Source of the DNA: Lama guanicoe
Lineage: Eukaryota
Length of the DNA: 64,000 bases
Direction: 5' to 3'
Assembly: GCA_013239625.1 (NCBI GenBank)
Contig: MU054323.1
Location: 12,345,694 to 12,409,693 of the forward strand
Part shown: positions 42,271-55,485 of the stretch, one piece after another
How the letters are laid out: every line of letters begins with the position of its first letter
Position numbering within the stretch: position 1 is the stretch's first letter
The notes under the pieces: model-generated
What the model saw: only the letters and a program-made list of their open reading frames with translations
The model's database searches: none
What the model was told of the DNA's origin: nothing
Translations under genes and position numbers: made by a program

Positions 42271-43429
42271 AACAATGTATTAACGCGAGTTAAATGTCCA
42301 TACTGTAATTTGGTAAAAACCCAAATGAAACAGAAAAGTCCAGTGTTTGGAGCAACATATCTCACCATACCTCCCTGCCCCTAACATTAAACTAGTTTTG
42401 GAGTCAGACTGGCTCTTCCACTTACTTACTATACTTGAAACAAGTTACTCAACCTTTCTGAGTCACTGTATCCACATCCATAAATACCCACCTTGTAGAA
42501 GCCTTTTGAAGATTAGAGATTATATACACACATATGTAACACAATTGTGGAACACACTGAAGCAACAACATTTTTATTTGTTGCTTTGATCTTCTTTCAA
42601 ATGGACAAAAACCCAAAAGTAGATAATATAAACTACACTATGGAGGTAGGGAAAGAGAGGATTTTTGACTTGGAAATTGCACATTAGAGGACAAGAAAGA
42701 AACTGAGAAAGGACTAATCAAGCAATAATCTGAACAGTTTACCTATTAAATTTGTTCTTTGCTTCTTTTTCTTGAAGATAATAGGATGAGACACACACAA
42801 AAAAAAATCATCATACAAAAAACCATATTCAGTAACCTAAGAAAGTTCATTTTGAAATTAGAAATTAAAGTCTTTCTCTCTTCAAAAGATAATATTTTTG
42901 ACACTCTAGAACTCAAGATACATGACAAAAAAAGTTAACGTTTTCCAACTATAGAACCTTGATATAATTTTATTAAATATATTTAGAAATATGACAGAAT
43001 TAAAACATAAAAGGTAAGACTGCTATTAAGAACTATACCATAAAAACACTTTACAAATGCTTTATGAAATCATTAGACTTTGATATATTTCCACAATTCT
43101 ATGACACAGTAATTATAAGATGTACCATCAATATAACAACCATTTTCCAGGGGGGGAACCCTCCCACATTAAATACACACTTAAGATATAAAGTACACCA
43201 ATTTCAGAAAACAGTAAAATGTAATACAGCCTTCCAGGATGTTGAAAGTGTCCTATTTCTTGATCTAGAGGATAGTTACATAGAATATGTTAAATTTGTG
43301 AATATCAAAGTATTTTGTATACTTTTTCCACAGTTATATTTACTTCAACTTTTTCTATGTATACATTTATTTCCAAAAAAATTTATGTAACATAAAACTA
43401 CTTCATACGGACACAGTTATCAACCTGAT

Positions 43430-44470
43430 GAATTACTGATCTTAGTATGGAAAGTGAAAAGATAAAGCTTTTCAAAGAAAACAAGAAAGTTAACTTCACA
43501 GCACTGAGCTACGTAGAGATTTCATACACGGAAACAGAAGAACACTAATCAGTTGATAAACTGGACTTCTTTAACATTAAGGACTCTGATTCACCAAGAC
43601 ACCAAGATCTTGAAAAAGCTACAGAGTAGAAGGTAACTGCAATACATGTATCTAGAAAGACTATAAAGACTATATCCATAATATATAAAGAAGTACCAAC
43701 CAATATAGAAAAGTAAATACTGTAGTAGAAAAAGGGCAAAAGACTTCACAAAAGAGTAAGTCCAAATGGCTAATAAAACTTGGGGCCCCTAATACGAAAA
43801 GGTGCTCAACTTCATTAGTCATCAGGAAAATCAAATCAAAACTACAATGTGATAGCACTATACACCCTTCCAGAATAACTAAAAATAAAAAGAATGACAA
43901 TACCAAGTGTTGGCAAAGATATGGAACACTGGAATTCTCTAAGGCACTGTTGGTGGGAGTATAAATTTGTAAAACCATTTTGCAAAACTTTAGCATAATC
44001 TGCTAAAACTGAACATACCATAGCCATAAGCATGACCTAATAATTCCACTTAAGGTACAAACCCAACAAAAATGCATATATATGTTCATCATCAGGAAAA
44101 AGAACACAAAAATGTTCAAAGCAGCAAAACTGTAAACAACCCAAATGTCCATCAAAAGTAGAATACATAAACTGTGTTTTATTCACAGAATAGAATACAA
44201 GAATAAACAAACTACAATACAACATGGATTAATCTCATAAATGTAATGTTGAGCAAAAGAAGCTCAAACAAGTTACACTATATAATTCCGCTTACATAGA
44301 GTTCAAAAACAGACAAAACTTTTCTACAGTTAGAATACAAGGAACATCGTAGTTGCAAATTCCTGAACTGATGTTTATTGAGCTGATGCTGATTACATTG
44401 ATATGCTTATTTTGTGTAAATTCATCTAGCTGTACACTTTTCTATAAGTATGGCACACTTCCTTAAGAAT
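43430..44470 (+). mobile_element. Ancient L1 (L1ME-like) 3' fragment
   Basis: AAAAGGTGCTCAACTTCATTAGTCATCAGG and CAACCCAAATGTCCATCAA motifs. Confidence 0.7.
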
Positions 44471-44672
44471 CTTATATTAAATGAGGTCGCCAGCTAGTGA
44501 ATCAGGATTTCTAATCCCTTCCTACCACCAAGATTCTTCACCTATACTACACTCAGAGACTTGATTAACAATGGTCCCATATCACCCGCAATGCTCTTCA
44601 GGATTTAAACATCAATATCTCTGTCCATACCTACATACCTACATGCCAAATATTTTAACATTCACTTGTTCA

Positions 44673-44825
44673 GGGGCGAGGGCATAGCTCAAGTGGTAAA
44701 GCGCATGCTTAGTGTGCAAAAGGTCCTGGGTTCAAACCCCAGTACCTCCTCTAAAAATAAATAAGTTAATTAACCTTGTTACCTCCCCCAAAATAAATAA
44801 ATAAAAATAAATTGTACAAAAAAAA
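44673..44825 (+). mobile_element. tRNA-Ala-derived SINE (Vic-1-like)
   Basis: A box TAGCTCAAGTGG, B box GGTTCAAACCC, tail AATAAATAA..TTACCTCCCCC..A-rich. Confidence 0.8.
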
Positions 44826-44839
44826 TTTTTTTAAACTGG

Positions 44840-45530
44840 CTTATTCAGATACTTATTGAATATCTATTATGTACAAAACTTGTGCTAAGAACTTAGGGTA
44901 TAAAAAATGAGTAAGACATAGTCCCCGGCTTCCAGGAGTTCATAACCTTATAGAAGACCACATAAAACAAATAAGAAGGTAAACGTATAGAGATACACAC
45001 AGGGTATTACAGGAACACCAAGGAACATCAAGAACAGCCAGGGGGAGGTAAAGTGCCAGGGAAGGCTTCTAGGAGGTATCAACACCTGAGTGCTTAAAAG
45101 ATGAGAAGGGGTTATTCTAGCAAAGTACATTCCACCAGAGGAGACAGACTGCATAAAGACACAGTGATAAGAAACTGCAGTGTATTTAAAGAAACAATGA
45201 ACAGTTGCTAGACGTTGCTTAAGGGTAGTAAAAACAAGAACTGGGATGGGGTTGGGGGAAGTGGCCAAAGAGACAGGAAGATGCCAAGTCATGAAGGGAC
45301 TTACACCTTATCTAACAGTCAAGATGGGTCAGTGAGGTTTCTGCAAAGAAGTTATGTAGTCAGATAGATTATTCCGAGAGCAATGTAGAGAATGAACTTA
45401 AGGGGGATAAGGCTGACAGAAAGAAGGGCGTTTAGGAGGCAGTTATAACTGTCCAGACGGAATATGATAAGGTCTGAAATAATGAAGTGAAAGATACAAC
45501 ACATACAGAAAAACAACAGAGTATAGATAG
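44840..45530 (-). mobile_element. LINE-2 remnant
   Basis: TTATTGAATATCTATTATGT..GTGCTA start and a purine-rich body typical of reverse L2. Confidence 0.5.
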
Positions 45531-45584
45531 ACACATTATGCCACTGGCCCAGCGATTACATTTTGCAAACCACTAATCTACACT

Positions 45585-45790
45585 ACGGGTCGACAAATTT
45601 TTTTCTGTAAAGGGCTAAATATTAAGTATTTTAGGGTTTACAGGCCACAGTCTCTATTGCACTTCTTGGTATTTGTTTTTAAACCCTTTAAAAATTAAAA
45701 ACCATTCTTTGCTACTGGACTTTAAAAAAAAAAAAAAAAGGCCACAGGCTTGATTTGGGCCACAGGCACAATGAGTTTGCTGATCCCTGC
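45585..45790. mobile_element. MER58-like hAT MITE
   Basis: GGGTCGACAAATTTTTTTCTGTAAAGGGC ... GTTTGCTGATCCCTG. Confidence 0.6.
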
Positions 45791-46234
45791 TATACACCCA
45801 TAAAGAAGCAAGGATTAATCTTCCTATGAGATTAATTTTCCTAAAATGCTATTCGCATATTAGTCCCCTACTCAGAAACTTCTCCACTGGACCTGACTGC
45901 CTACTGATTAAGTCAAATGCCTACGATGCATAGCATTGATGGGCATCTATCTATACTCTCGTTCCAACCAGGCTCATGAACTACACCCCTCTATGAAACT
46001 TCCATTTCTATTAAAGTAACCTACTTACATTTACCTGCCTCTGTATCTCTGTACTATTCTCCAATGTGCTTTCCCCCTTTCCAAACCTACCCAAATACCT
46101 TTCCTTCAAAGCATACCTTTTCTTCAAATCCTTTGAAATTATTCCACCCTCCTCCAAACTCCAAAAAGCATTGCCTCAACTTATCTGACATTTATTTGCA
46201 GTCCTGAGTTATTACTTACTTCAAATAAACTTCT

Positions 46235-46557
46235 TTGAGGACACTAATGAACTCATCTACAAAACAGAAAGACTTACAGACATAGTAAACGATCTTATGG
46301 TTACCAGGGGAAAGAGAGTGGAAAGGGATAAATTTGGGAGTTTGATTTGCAAATATTAACAACTATATACAAAAATAGATAAACAAATTTCTTCTGTATA
46401 GTACAGGGAACTATATTCAATATCTTGTAATAACCTCTAGTGAAAAAGAATATGAAAATGAATACATGTATATATATGTATGACTATATGTATTATGCTG
46501 TACACAAGAATTTGACACATTGTAACTGACTATACTTCAATAAAAATAAATAAAAAG
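46235..46557 (+). mobile_element. Short young L1 3'UTR insertion
   Basis: Same 3'UTR family, ends TATACTTCAATAAAAATAAATAAAA. Flanking repeat AAATAAACTT. Confidence 0.8.
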
Positions 46558-47589
46558 CAAATAAACTTTACAGGCAGGGAATACTTTATACACCTATCAA
46601 CAGATATAGCATATAACAAGGGGTAAATAAAAAATGATGATGTGTCTGTATATATGTAACATACATATGTATACACAACTTTTTTTTAGAACTAACTATA
46701 TAACTGAAGCAAATGTGATTTTATCCTTATATCAGTAATTGAACACTTTATTCTATGGACACAATCTAAATGCTACAGGAACTACAGAACGACAATCCAT
46801 AAGCACATTTGTCTCTCTCCTATTATATGTTTTTAGGACAAGTTTAAGGAAACAATAATTTTTCCATTCGTCAGTGTTACCAATATAGGTATATTGTGGT
46901 CTAGAATTTACTATAACAAGTCAAAGTTTACTTACATATAATTTTTACTCATTTTTAAAATACAAAATAAGCTTTTATAACTAAGTTGCTTTACATTCAC
47001 CCTTAATTATTACTCAAACTTAAAGTCACACATACACACACACACACACACGCACCATGCACAGTCTGAATTTTTTTAACAATAAGATTCTCCATGACAA
47101 CTCACATTACCAAAATGGAGTTAATGACTTCATAAGAATCTAGGGAAATAAGAATGTATTTTAAAATTTTAAGAAAATTGTCCATTTTAATTCACTTGAT
47201 AAATAACTTTAATCACAGAATGAGCTGAATTAAAGGATTCTTCATATATGAGATTACTTAAGAAGTTTTTTCAAAGTTCAAAGTGTAAACTATACCTTAT
47301 TTTACTATACAAAGAATGTTCAAGAGTCTATAAAAAAAATTCCTCCAGAATCTTTTGCCTACATTTCAATGCAAACCACAAAAAAAAAATGTTTAAAATA
47401 CTTTCGAAAGGAATAGAAAACAAAAGCAAAACAAAAAAAAAAAGCAAAAACAAATTGACCCAAAGATGGCCATGAGAGTGAAAACTGAGACTTTTTAACT
47501 CTCCAAAACACATCGAAGAAAAAAGCTGAGTGATTTACAGACTGAAAAGACTATTATTCACTGATAAATTTAATATTAATAATGCACTA

Positions 47590-47731
47590 GGAGAGGGTAC
47601 AGCTTAGTGGTAGAGCTGCATGTCTAGTAGCATGTACAAAGTCCTGGGTTCAAACCCCAGTACCTCCATTTAAAAAATAAATAAATCTAATTACCCACCC
47701 CCAAGAAAAAGAAAAACAAAAAACAAAAAAA
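47590..47731 (+). mobile_element. tRNA-Ala-derived SINE (Vic-1-like)
   Basis: Same head and CTAATTACCC tail as the 44673 copy. Confidence 0.8.
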
Positions 47732-48739
47732 TGGGCTGACTGAAGGACAAACCCAGGAACAGGGACTCCGTTCTGCCACTGGCTTGTACAGAGTCTTGCA
47801 CACATCTCCACAAGCTGAACAAGGACAGCTTAACTGATCTTTAAGGTTGTGAGAACCGATTAAATGTTTATGAAGTACTTTAGGGCTATGAGGGAAGCCA
47901 TTGTAAACATTAAAAGTCACTTGCTTAATATGAAACTACAGCTACCTGTTAGGCTTGCAAGTCCAATCATCATCATTCTTTTGAGTCTGAATACAGCAAA
48001 CCTTCAGTGAGTCAGTAAAGAGCATGTATTTAAGAGTTTAGCAACCTCCGAGAAATGAATTGTCTTCCAAATCTTTGTTTTCTCACAATTATGTCAACTA
48101 TCCAACCCAATTATTTGCAAAGGGAAACATGATCCGATTCCCGTTAAAGAGTTGGTTCCAGTCATTGATAAGCCAGCACCAAATGACTGAAAACTCTTAG
48201 GAATCACAGTGGAACTTTCTTTGTCAATTTACCATAAATGTGACTCCTGAAAGTAATCCCAGAAAACAGTCGTTCTAACAAGAGCTTTATTAAAGGGGAA
48301 GTCCCTACACCCTCGTACAAAAAGAGCTCTAAAATGTTTTTGGACAGTGTCGACAGAAGACTAAACTCGCTCAAAACCTGAATCAACGCATTAGACACTT
48401 CAGCACCTGCTTAGCGTTGAGCGACTGGAGACTGGCGAGGCTGCTCAGGAAAAGTGCTGATGCCATCTCCTGCTGCCCCTTTCGTGAATGACAGTAACAA
48501 TGAAAACACTGACAAAAGAGCTGGGAGGCCACCCCAAGCCTCTGCTTAGCAATACTCCTACCCTACCCCCAACAGACAGAGCTGCAAATCCCAGAAAAGG
48601 GCCTCCTCTCACAGATCTCGCATGCCGAGACCTTGTCTCCGTCCTGGCAACGCGGAAAAGTACTACCCTTCACTCCTCTTAAGACGACTGAGCACCTGAA
48701 AGGTGAGGGGGAAATGCAGCCTCTCTTTCTAAACTGCCA

Positions 48740-50130
48740 GGGAAAGAGGGAGAAGACAGAGAGGGCGGGCAGGGCCGCGTGTGCACCCCGGGAGGCTGAG
48801 AACTCCCCGGTCGCGGGCGCCGGCGGGTTAGAGGAGGAGAGGGGAGGAAGGCGCGTCCCTCCCGCGGGCGGAGGGTCGCTCGGGTCCTCGTGGGGGAAGC
48901 GGGGCTCGGGTGCCTGGCAAGCCAGGCTCCCGGGGGTGGCAGCGGCCGGCCGCCCTGCTCCCGGGAGCCAAAGGCGGCGACAAGTAGGCTGGGTCCGGGA
49001 GCACATTCTTTCCTCGAGCCTGGTCCCGAGGGAGGGCGCAGGCGGCCGAGGCGGCAACTCTCCCTCTCGCCCAACTCCGGCCAGAGCGCGAGGGCGGCCG
49101 GCCAGGGGCTGCCCCGCGGGATGCCGCCCGGGTGGGGGAGGCGGCGAGGCCGGCCTCGGCCCGCTCCCTGCCCACGCGGTCCGCGGCCGGCGGCCGTCCG
49201 CGCCCTCGTTCCTCCCGCCGCCGCGCGGGGCCGGGCCGCCGAAGCCTGGGGCCCTACCTGAGGCCCGGTACCAGCTCCCGGCGTGACTGGCTTCCCGGCA
49301 GACCACTCGGTTGGACATCTTGGTGCCTGTGCCGCCTATGGTGCACGAGGATGAATGAGGAGGCGGCGGCGGCGGCGGCAGGAGCGGCTCCGCGAGGGGA
49401 CGAGACACCGCGGGCCCAGCCCAGGAGGAGGCGGCAGCGGGGAGGGGATCAGCCCGGCCCAGGAGGAGGAGGAAGAGGAGGAGGCGGCGGCCCGGGAGGA
49501 GGAGGAGATGGCAGCCGGGGCGGTGGTGGCGGCGGCAACAATCACCACAAACTCGGGCGACCGCCGGAAGATGGGGCCCGCAGCGGCTTCACCGAAGCCC
49601 GGAAAGCCCTGGCCCCGGCCCCCGGAGTCGCCGCTGCTCCCCAGCCGGGGCTGGTTCCGCGGAGACGCCCCCACGGCCCCCTCCCCTCCCGGTCGGCCTC
49701 CCCGAGCCACCGCCGGTGACCCACGCCGGCCCCGCCCCGCCCCGCTCCTCCTCCGGCCGCGCGGCGAGGTTAACGGCGGACACCGGACAGGCCAGACGGC
49801 ATCTGGGGTCGGGCGGCCCCGCGAGGAGGCAGCGGCGGCTGCAGCCCCGCGCACACAAAAGCCCAGGGCCGGGGCCTGAACCGGGGAAGGCAGACCCGGA
49901 GAAGAGCCAACGCTTCCTTACTCGCCACTCTAACGGGTCCTGCCCACTGAGCATGCCCAGCAGCCGCTGCCAGGCCCGCCGAGGAATCTCAACGTGCGTG
50001 CTCCGCTCTCCGGGGTTTAGAGGCAGCAGAGGCTGGGAGGGGGAGGGCGAGCGGAGCAGGACGCAGCCGCAGGGTAAGCCCCCTCCCCCAGCAAACTTCC
50101 TTAAATGAAGAGCACCGACGGCATGCAAAT
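48740..50130. promoter_or_regulatory. CpG island / MEMO1 promoter and 5' region
   Basis: Abrupt switch to very GC- and CpG-rich sequence around the MEMO1 start codon. GC boxes (CCCCGCCCC, about 49729-49743) and GGC/GGA triplet runs at 49358-49530. Confidence 0.92.
49258..49318 (-). CDS. MEMO1: MEMO1 first coding exon (coding part, 61 nt): MSNRVVCREASHAGSWYRAS+G
   Basis: Translation matches the MEMO1 N-terminus including the HAGSWY motif. ATG context is CCAAGATGT (A at -3). Ends in a CAG|GTAGGG donor, phase 1. A candidate acceptor CATAG|GCGGCAC puts the exon start at 49335, 17 nt before the ATG. Confidence 0.96.
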
Positions 50131-53100
50131 GCGGCTTTCCACCAGGAAAGTCCTGTCATCTTCCACACCATACCTAGGAGTCCTTAGTGGATGCTCACCC
50201 CCAGGGTTTTCACTCCTAGGGACCCAAGGCTGTGGCCACGTTGGGAAGTTCATTTGTAGAAGCGGGCACGTGGTAGTGTGTCTGTGGTCCTGCAAATGCT
50301 AGTGTTTGCTTCACAGGGCCACTCTTACCACCTAATCGTAGCTGTGACACTGTAAACAGTTACCTTGTCTCAAGTTATATTTATGTAAGTGCCTGTCTTA
50401 ACTCTGTAACTAAACTAGTGTGATATACCTAGCCTCAGTTATTCTCATCTATAAAATGGGCATAACAATACTCTAGGTGTGTTCGTAAGATTATGAGTCA
50501 ATAAATGTAAAGAACCTGATAGAGTAGGCATACAACAAACATTATTTCCAACCTCCCATTATCTTTTAAATCCCAGTATTCCACATAAGGTCAGGAAGAA
50601 AGAATTACTTTAATATTATACAAGAATCACAGCAAAGTAGAGTATCTTGGACCTCCGAGGAAAGGAAATGTTGTTATGAAGTAAACCATATCAAAACTGG
50701 GAAGAGAGAAAGTTGCCCAGCTTCAATGAAAGCCGGGGGTGGGGGGGCAGGTTATTAAAACCATAATATTGTTATGCCCGAATTTCACACTAAACAGATC
50801 TCTGGTAGAATCCAAAGGAAACAACTGGCTGCTTAATTTCAAGTTTTCCTAGTGTCATAATAGATTTTTAAGGTACTATCCTGTTTCTACCCCTCCCCCT
50901 GACCTTTTTCAACTTTAAGGCCCAAGGATCTTGTGTGAGATCCCAGTCCTAAACCTGGGCAATAACTGGAACACTTCTGACTTTTCACACCTTTTTCTAC
51001 ATGGTTTTTAAACTGAAAGAAAAAAGGAAAGAAGAAAAGGGCTCTCCACTCTATATATTTCTTTACTCAATTTTTAACTCTCTCACTTCACCACTAAACC
51101 TGCCAAAATATTAAGAGATTATGCAGCCAGGAAAAGAAGAAAAAGGACACTCCAGGTAGTCAATTTAGGGACAACAGAAAAAGAGGGCTGGAGTTGATTC
51201 CATGGTACTCTTCCTGGAGTACCAAAACTCAGTGATAACTGATGAAATGGTAAACTTTTCATTGTAAATTTCAAGAAAAGGTAATGGTTCATATGGTGTG
51301 ACAGCACTGACAGCTTCGTCACTCATCAGCTGTGTGATCATGGATATGTAGTAATTTAACATTTTCAAGCCTCAGTTTTCTTATCTGTCAAACGCAAACA
51401 GAAGAAATACCTAACTCACAGGCTTGCTGAGAGAATCATTAAGTAGGGCACATGAGAACAATTTATAAGCTCTTCTTTGTAGATGTTTATCATTATCCTC
51501 TGCTCCTAGCTGCTCCTAGCAACAATCCTAGGTCTTATTCCAAACTAGTAATCTAATCTAAAATTAAGCTTCCTGCCTATTAAAATACTCAGTTGGAGGC
51601 TTCTTTCCCCCAAAGGATTTTTCTTACTGATCAAACTCAGCAAACACCACAATGCCAAGCCAAGTGAAAGGTTAGAGGATCCTCTGTTATCTCTAGAATG
51701 CTCTTAATATATCCCATCATTCCTCCTCCTGTCCATCTTATTCTGGCTACCTTATTCAAGGATAGACTCTTGAAAGAAATAAATTGAAACTCTTCACTTA
51801 TCCATATCCCCTAAATTAAGGAAAATCCATATAATGCAAAATACTCACTTCATATCCCAGAAGAAGCCTGTTTTAATAATACTGTAGAATTCCCATGTCA
51901 TTATTAAGAATTTCCATTATTGTCCACCAGGGATGTGCGTTTGACACTTCATAAACATCATCCATAGCAAAAGGCAAGGAGAAAATCTTCACTAATAGAG
52001 GGTGCTCTTTTGATTTCAATAAATAAGGCACCCAGAACCCAACATTAATAACTCAAAATATCTTCTGAAATAGCATGTCAGGTAGTCACTGCATCAATCT
52101 GTATGTACTAGCAAACAACTAGAAACATCCACAATGTCCATCAATGAGACTTGTTAAATCAGTGTATATCCATACATATCCACCCATTGAAAAGAATAAG
52201 GTGGTGCTATCGGTATGGAAAGTACTCCAAAAAAAACAAAAAAGCAAATTGCAGAACAATGTGTAAGTATGCTGCCATTTATGTAAAAACAGACACTTAC
52301 ATTCTCACACACTTGCATACACATGGAATACTTCTAGAAGGAAGCAACAAACTGGTAACCATAATGGAGTGGCTGAGGGACAAGGATGGACAAAAGATTT
52401 AACCTTTTCAATGTACATTTTTGTCTGTCTTTTGAATCTTGTGCCATATATATATACTGCCTGTAACAAAAAATGCTAAATTTATTATTTATTAAATAAC
52501 TAACTGGACTTGATTTTTGGAGTCCTCATGGCAATATTAAATTGACCATTTTTAGATTTTACTTCTGCACAATTGACAGCTTGAGGAACCCTCTAATTAT
52601 AGAAAGCCCTATATCAGAAAAATATTCTAGATACCAGAGGCTTTTGAACAAACTGAGGTTGAGAGAAGAGTTTAGGATAAAGGTGCTCTTTGTGTGTGTG
52701 TGTTTACATAAAATCTGTTTATATTATTTTTATATGTATGAGAACAACGGCTACTAGTTAATGTTATATTAAAAATGGCCTCATTATGTAGAACTTTAAA
52801 ATGATAATCATCTTAATCAGGTTTTTTCCAAATGCAAAAAAGAAAAAAGAGTTTCTGTAATTAAAACTGGGGGAAATAACCAAAATGTTTTGTCAAAAAT
52901 GATTCTACAATACTTGCTATATTTTGTTATTTTCTCTCTTTCAAATTACTTTTGGCATCAAACCTGACCTTTAAGGGAAGATAAAAGAGGAAATTATAAT
53001 TTCTTGAGTTAATTCTGTGTCAGAAAATACCTACACTGTTATATCTGTTAGTCTTCACAAAATCAGCATAAAGGTGCTCTTTTGATTTCAATTAACGCTG

Positions 53101-53462
53101 GTACTCTAGCCTAGTTATCAGTTGATTTTGACCTTTTTTCCTTTAGAAACCAAATTTAATAGGTAACATTTATTAAACACCTACTATGTACCTGACACTG
53201 GGCTAGGTACTTCACATACTTAATGATTCTTACAAGATGAAAACTTACTTGTTCATTTCCAATTTTTTTGGAATAAATTTTGTTCATAAATCTTTTTTAA
53301 AATTTGTTAATATTATTTAGGATTCCCAGAAATTAAATGAGTCTAAAGATTTAAAGTTTTGCTTTTTTCTTTTTTTTAATTCTTACTCATTACTGACTGC
53401 CCTTTTATCTCTGGTGACCTGTTTTCCACAATTATATTACTTTCCCTAATTCAAACTCAGAG

Positions 53463-53605
53463 TTTCTTTTGTTTTTTTTGCAGAGGGAGGTAATTAGTTG
53501 TTTTTTTGTTTTGTTTTGTTTTGTTTTTAATGGAGGTTCTGGGGATTGAACCCAGGACCTTGTGAATACTAAGCACCCACTCTACCACTGAGCTATACCC
53601 TCCCC
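53463..53605 (-). mobile_element. tRNA-Ala-derived SINE (Vic-1-like)
   Basis: Reverse complement reads GGGGAGGGTATAGCTCAGTGGTAGAG..GGGTTCAATCCCCAG. Flanking repeat TCAAACTCAGAG / TCAAATCCAGAG. Confidence 0.8.
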
Positions 53606-55334
53606 ATCTCAAATCCAGAGATTTTAAACAAGTGGATTTTCAGTGATAGTCATTTATATCTTCCATCATTTGTCCCTCATTGCTACAGCTTGACAATGTG
53701 TATCAGGGCTCCAATTTGTTAATGCCTTTTTTTGGAATCCAATCCAGGAACATATCTGGCTACAGTATTTTATGCTATCCCTACAACCATTCTATCATGT
53801 TGCTAATGGGAAGTTATAAATCTTAAAATCTCTTAATACCTTCTCCTAAATGAGATTTAAACAAAGATTCAATATTCTTCCTATAGGTTCATCAGAATTA
53901 GGTAGACAATCTCCTTCTATCAAAACTATGTTTCCATTTTTTCAGTTAAAGGACTCTATATCCTCTAGGAATCTATTCCTGATTTACTCTACTGGTCCTC
54001 CCACTTACTCACCTACCAACCTAATTCAAGAATTCACTTATAGGATACAGCATTTTTTACTCAATTTCTGTGTTTGTTTACTAAACATTATCTTCCTGAT
54101 TAAGCAAGGGGTAGGAATTATTTCTATAATTGTGAGCTACACATGAAATACCTCATCAAAGTATAGTGGAAGCTTTCTTAACTGATTTCTGTTTAAGTCA
54201 CTGCAGTAAGTGATGCTCTCCATTCCCATAGTAAAGTACATTGAACCATGCCCACCACAAGCTGAACTTCTGAAGCAGGTAGGCTACCCTTTTTAAGAAA
54301 CTTACACTATTGCACTCTCCTACCAGGTTTATGTGCGTAACAAGGGTCAATCATGTTCTCCAATCTGTTTATACCAGTTGTACAAGGTACTGCCATTATA
54401 TAATTTAATAAATGTTACATTAATCAATGAAATACTAACACATAATACAAAAGGTGTTAGTACAAAATTAGGTGGAATGCTTTGGACTCAAAAAAAAAAA
54501 AAACCAAACTTCAAATTAGAAGCAGATAAGACTAAAGGCGGGAGAAAAAAAATCATGAAAAAAGTGTAGCATTCTGCACTTAATTCCTTAAGACATTAAG
54601 ATCTTAAATACCTAAGATCTTACTCGGCTTCCAAAAAATGTGAAACTGAAATGTGTAGACCATACATTATTCAAGTGGTTTGTGGAAAAATGATGATACA
54701 AAATTCCCAAATGATGATACAAAGAACCCAAATCCAGAGCAAAGGCTGAAACTAAAATATTACCAAGTTAATATAGATTAGTATTTTTATTTTTAAAAAA
54801 AGACTGTTCAGTGTCATTTATGACTCCTTACTACAACTCATTTTTTCATCTGCCAGCCAGATAAGAGGGCTTCTACCAACACACATAAGGCTAGACTGAT
54901 TCCCGCCCCCATACACATCAAAAGAAAGGTTTTAAGCGCACCTGAGAGCATTATAGCAGAGGGTACTATAGCATTAAGGGCAGGGAGTTAATATAGTATT
55001 AAGCTGTGTTTGAATGCCTGCCCCAAACTTACTTCCCCTGTAACCTTAAGCAAGTTAACCCAATCTCACATTCCTCACATAAAAGTGAGATATTAAAAGT
55101 AAACCTACTCCACAGGGTTTTTGAGGATTAAATGACAATTAATGTAAAGTATTTAGCTTGGTGCCTGGCACATGCTAAGTGCTCAGAAGTAGGATGTGCA
55201 ATGCCAGCAAAAGACACCCCTTCTCAGCTCTTACTGAAAAAAGTATCAATTTTAAGATTAAGTAATTTAAGTCCTATTTTCAAGATAATTCAATAGAACA
55301 CCAGAAGTAATGCAGCCCTAGGCTGAGTACTTAT

Positions 55335-55485
55335 GTTTTTTTCATTGAAGTGTAGTCAGTTTACAATGTTGTTAGTTTCTGGTGTACAGCATAGTTATTC
55401 AGTTACATACATATTTGTATACTCTTTTTCATACTCTTTTCCATTATAGGTATTACAAGATGTTGAATATAGTTCCCTGTGCTGA
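55335..55485 (-). mobile_element. L1 3' end fragment
   Basis: TTGAAGTGTAGTCAGTTTACAATGTTG... is the reverse complement of the same L1 3'UTR. Confidence 0.65.

Noticed and set aside
44673..44750. Apparent tRNA-Ala genes (also at 1267, 47590, 53605)
   Set aside because: Mismatched stems, shared non-tRNA tails and A-rich ends show that they are SINEs.
48563..50128. Many overlapping 115-281 aa Pro/Gly/Arg/Ala-rich ORFs
   Set aside because: Expected from stop-codon scarcity in a CpG island. Only 49318-49258 matches a real protein.
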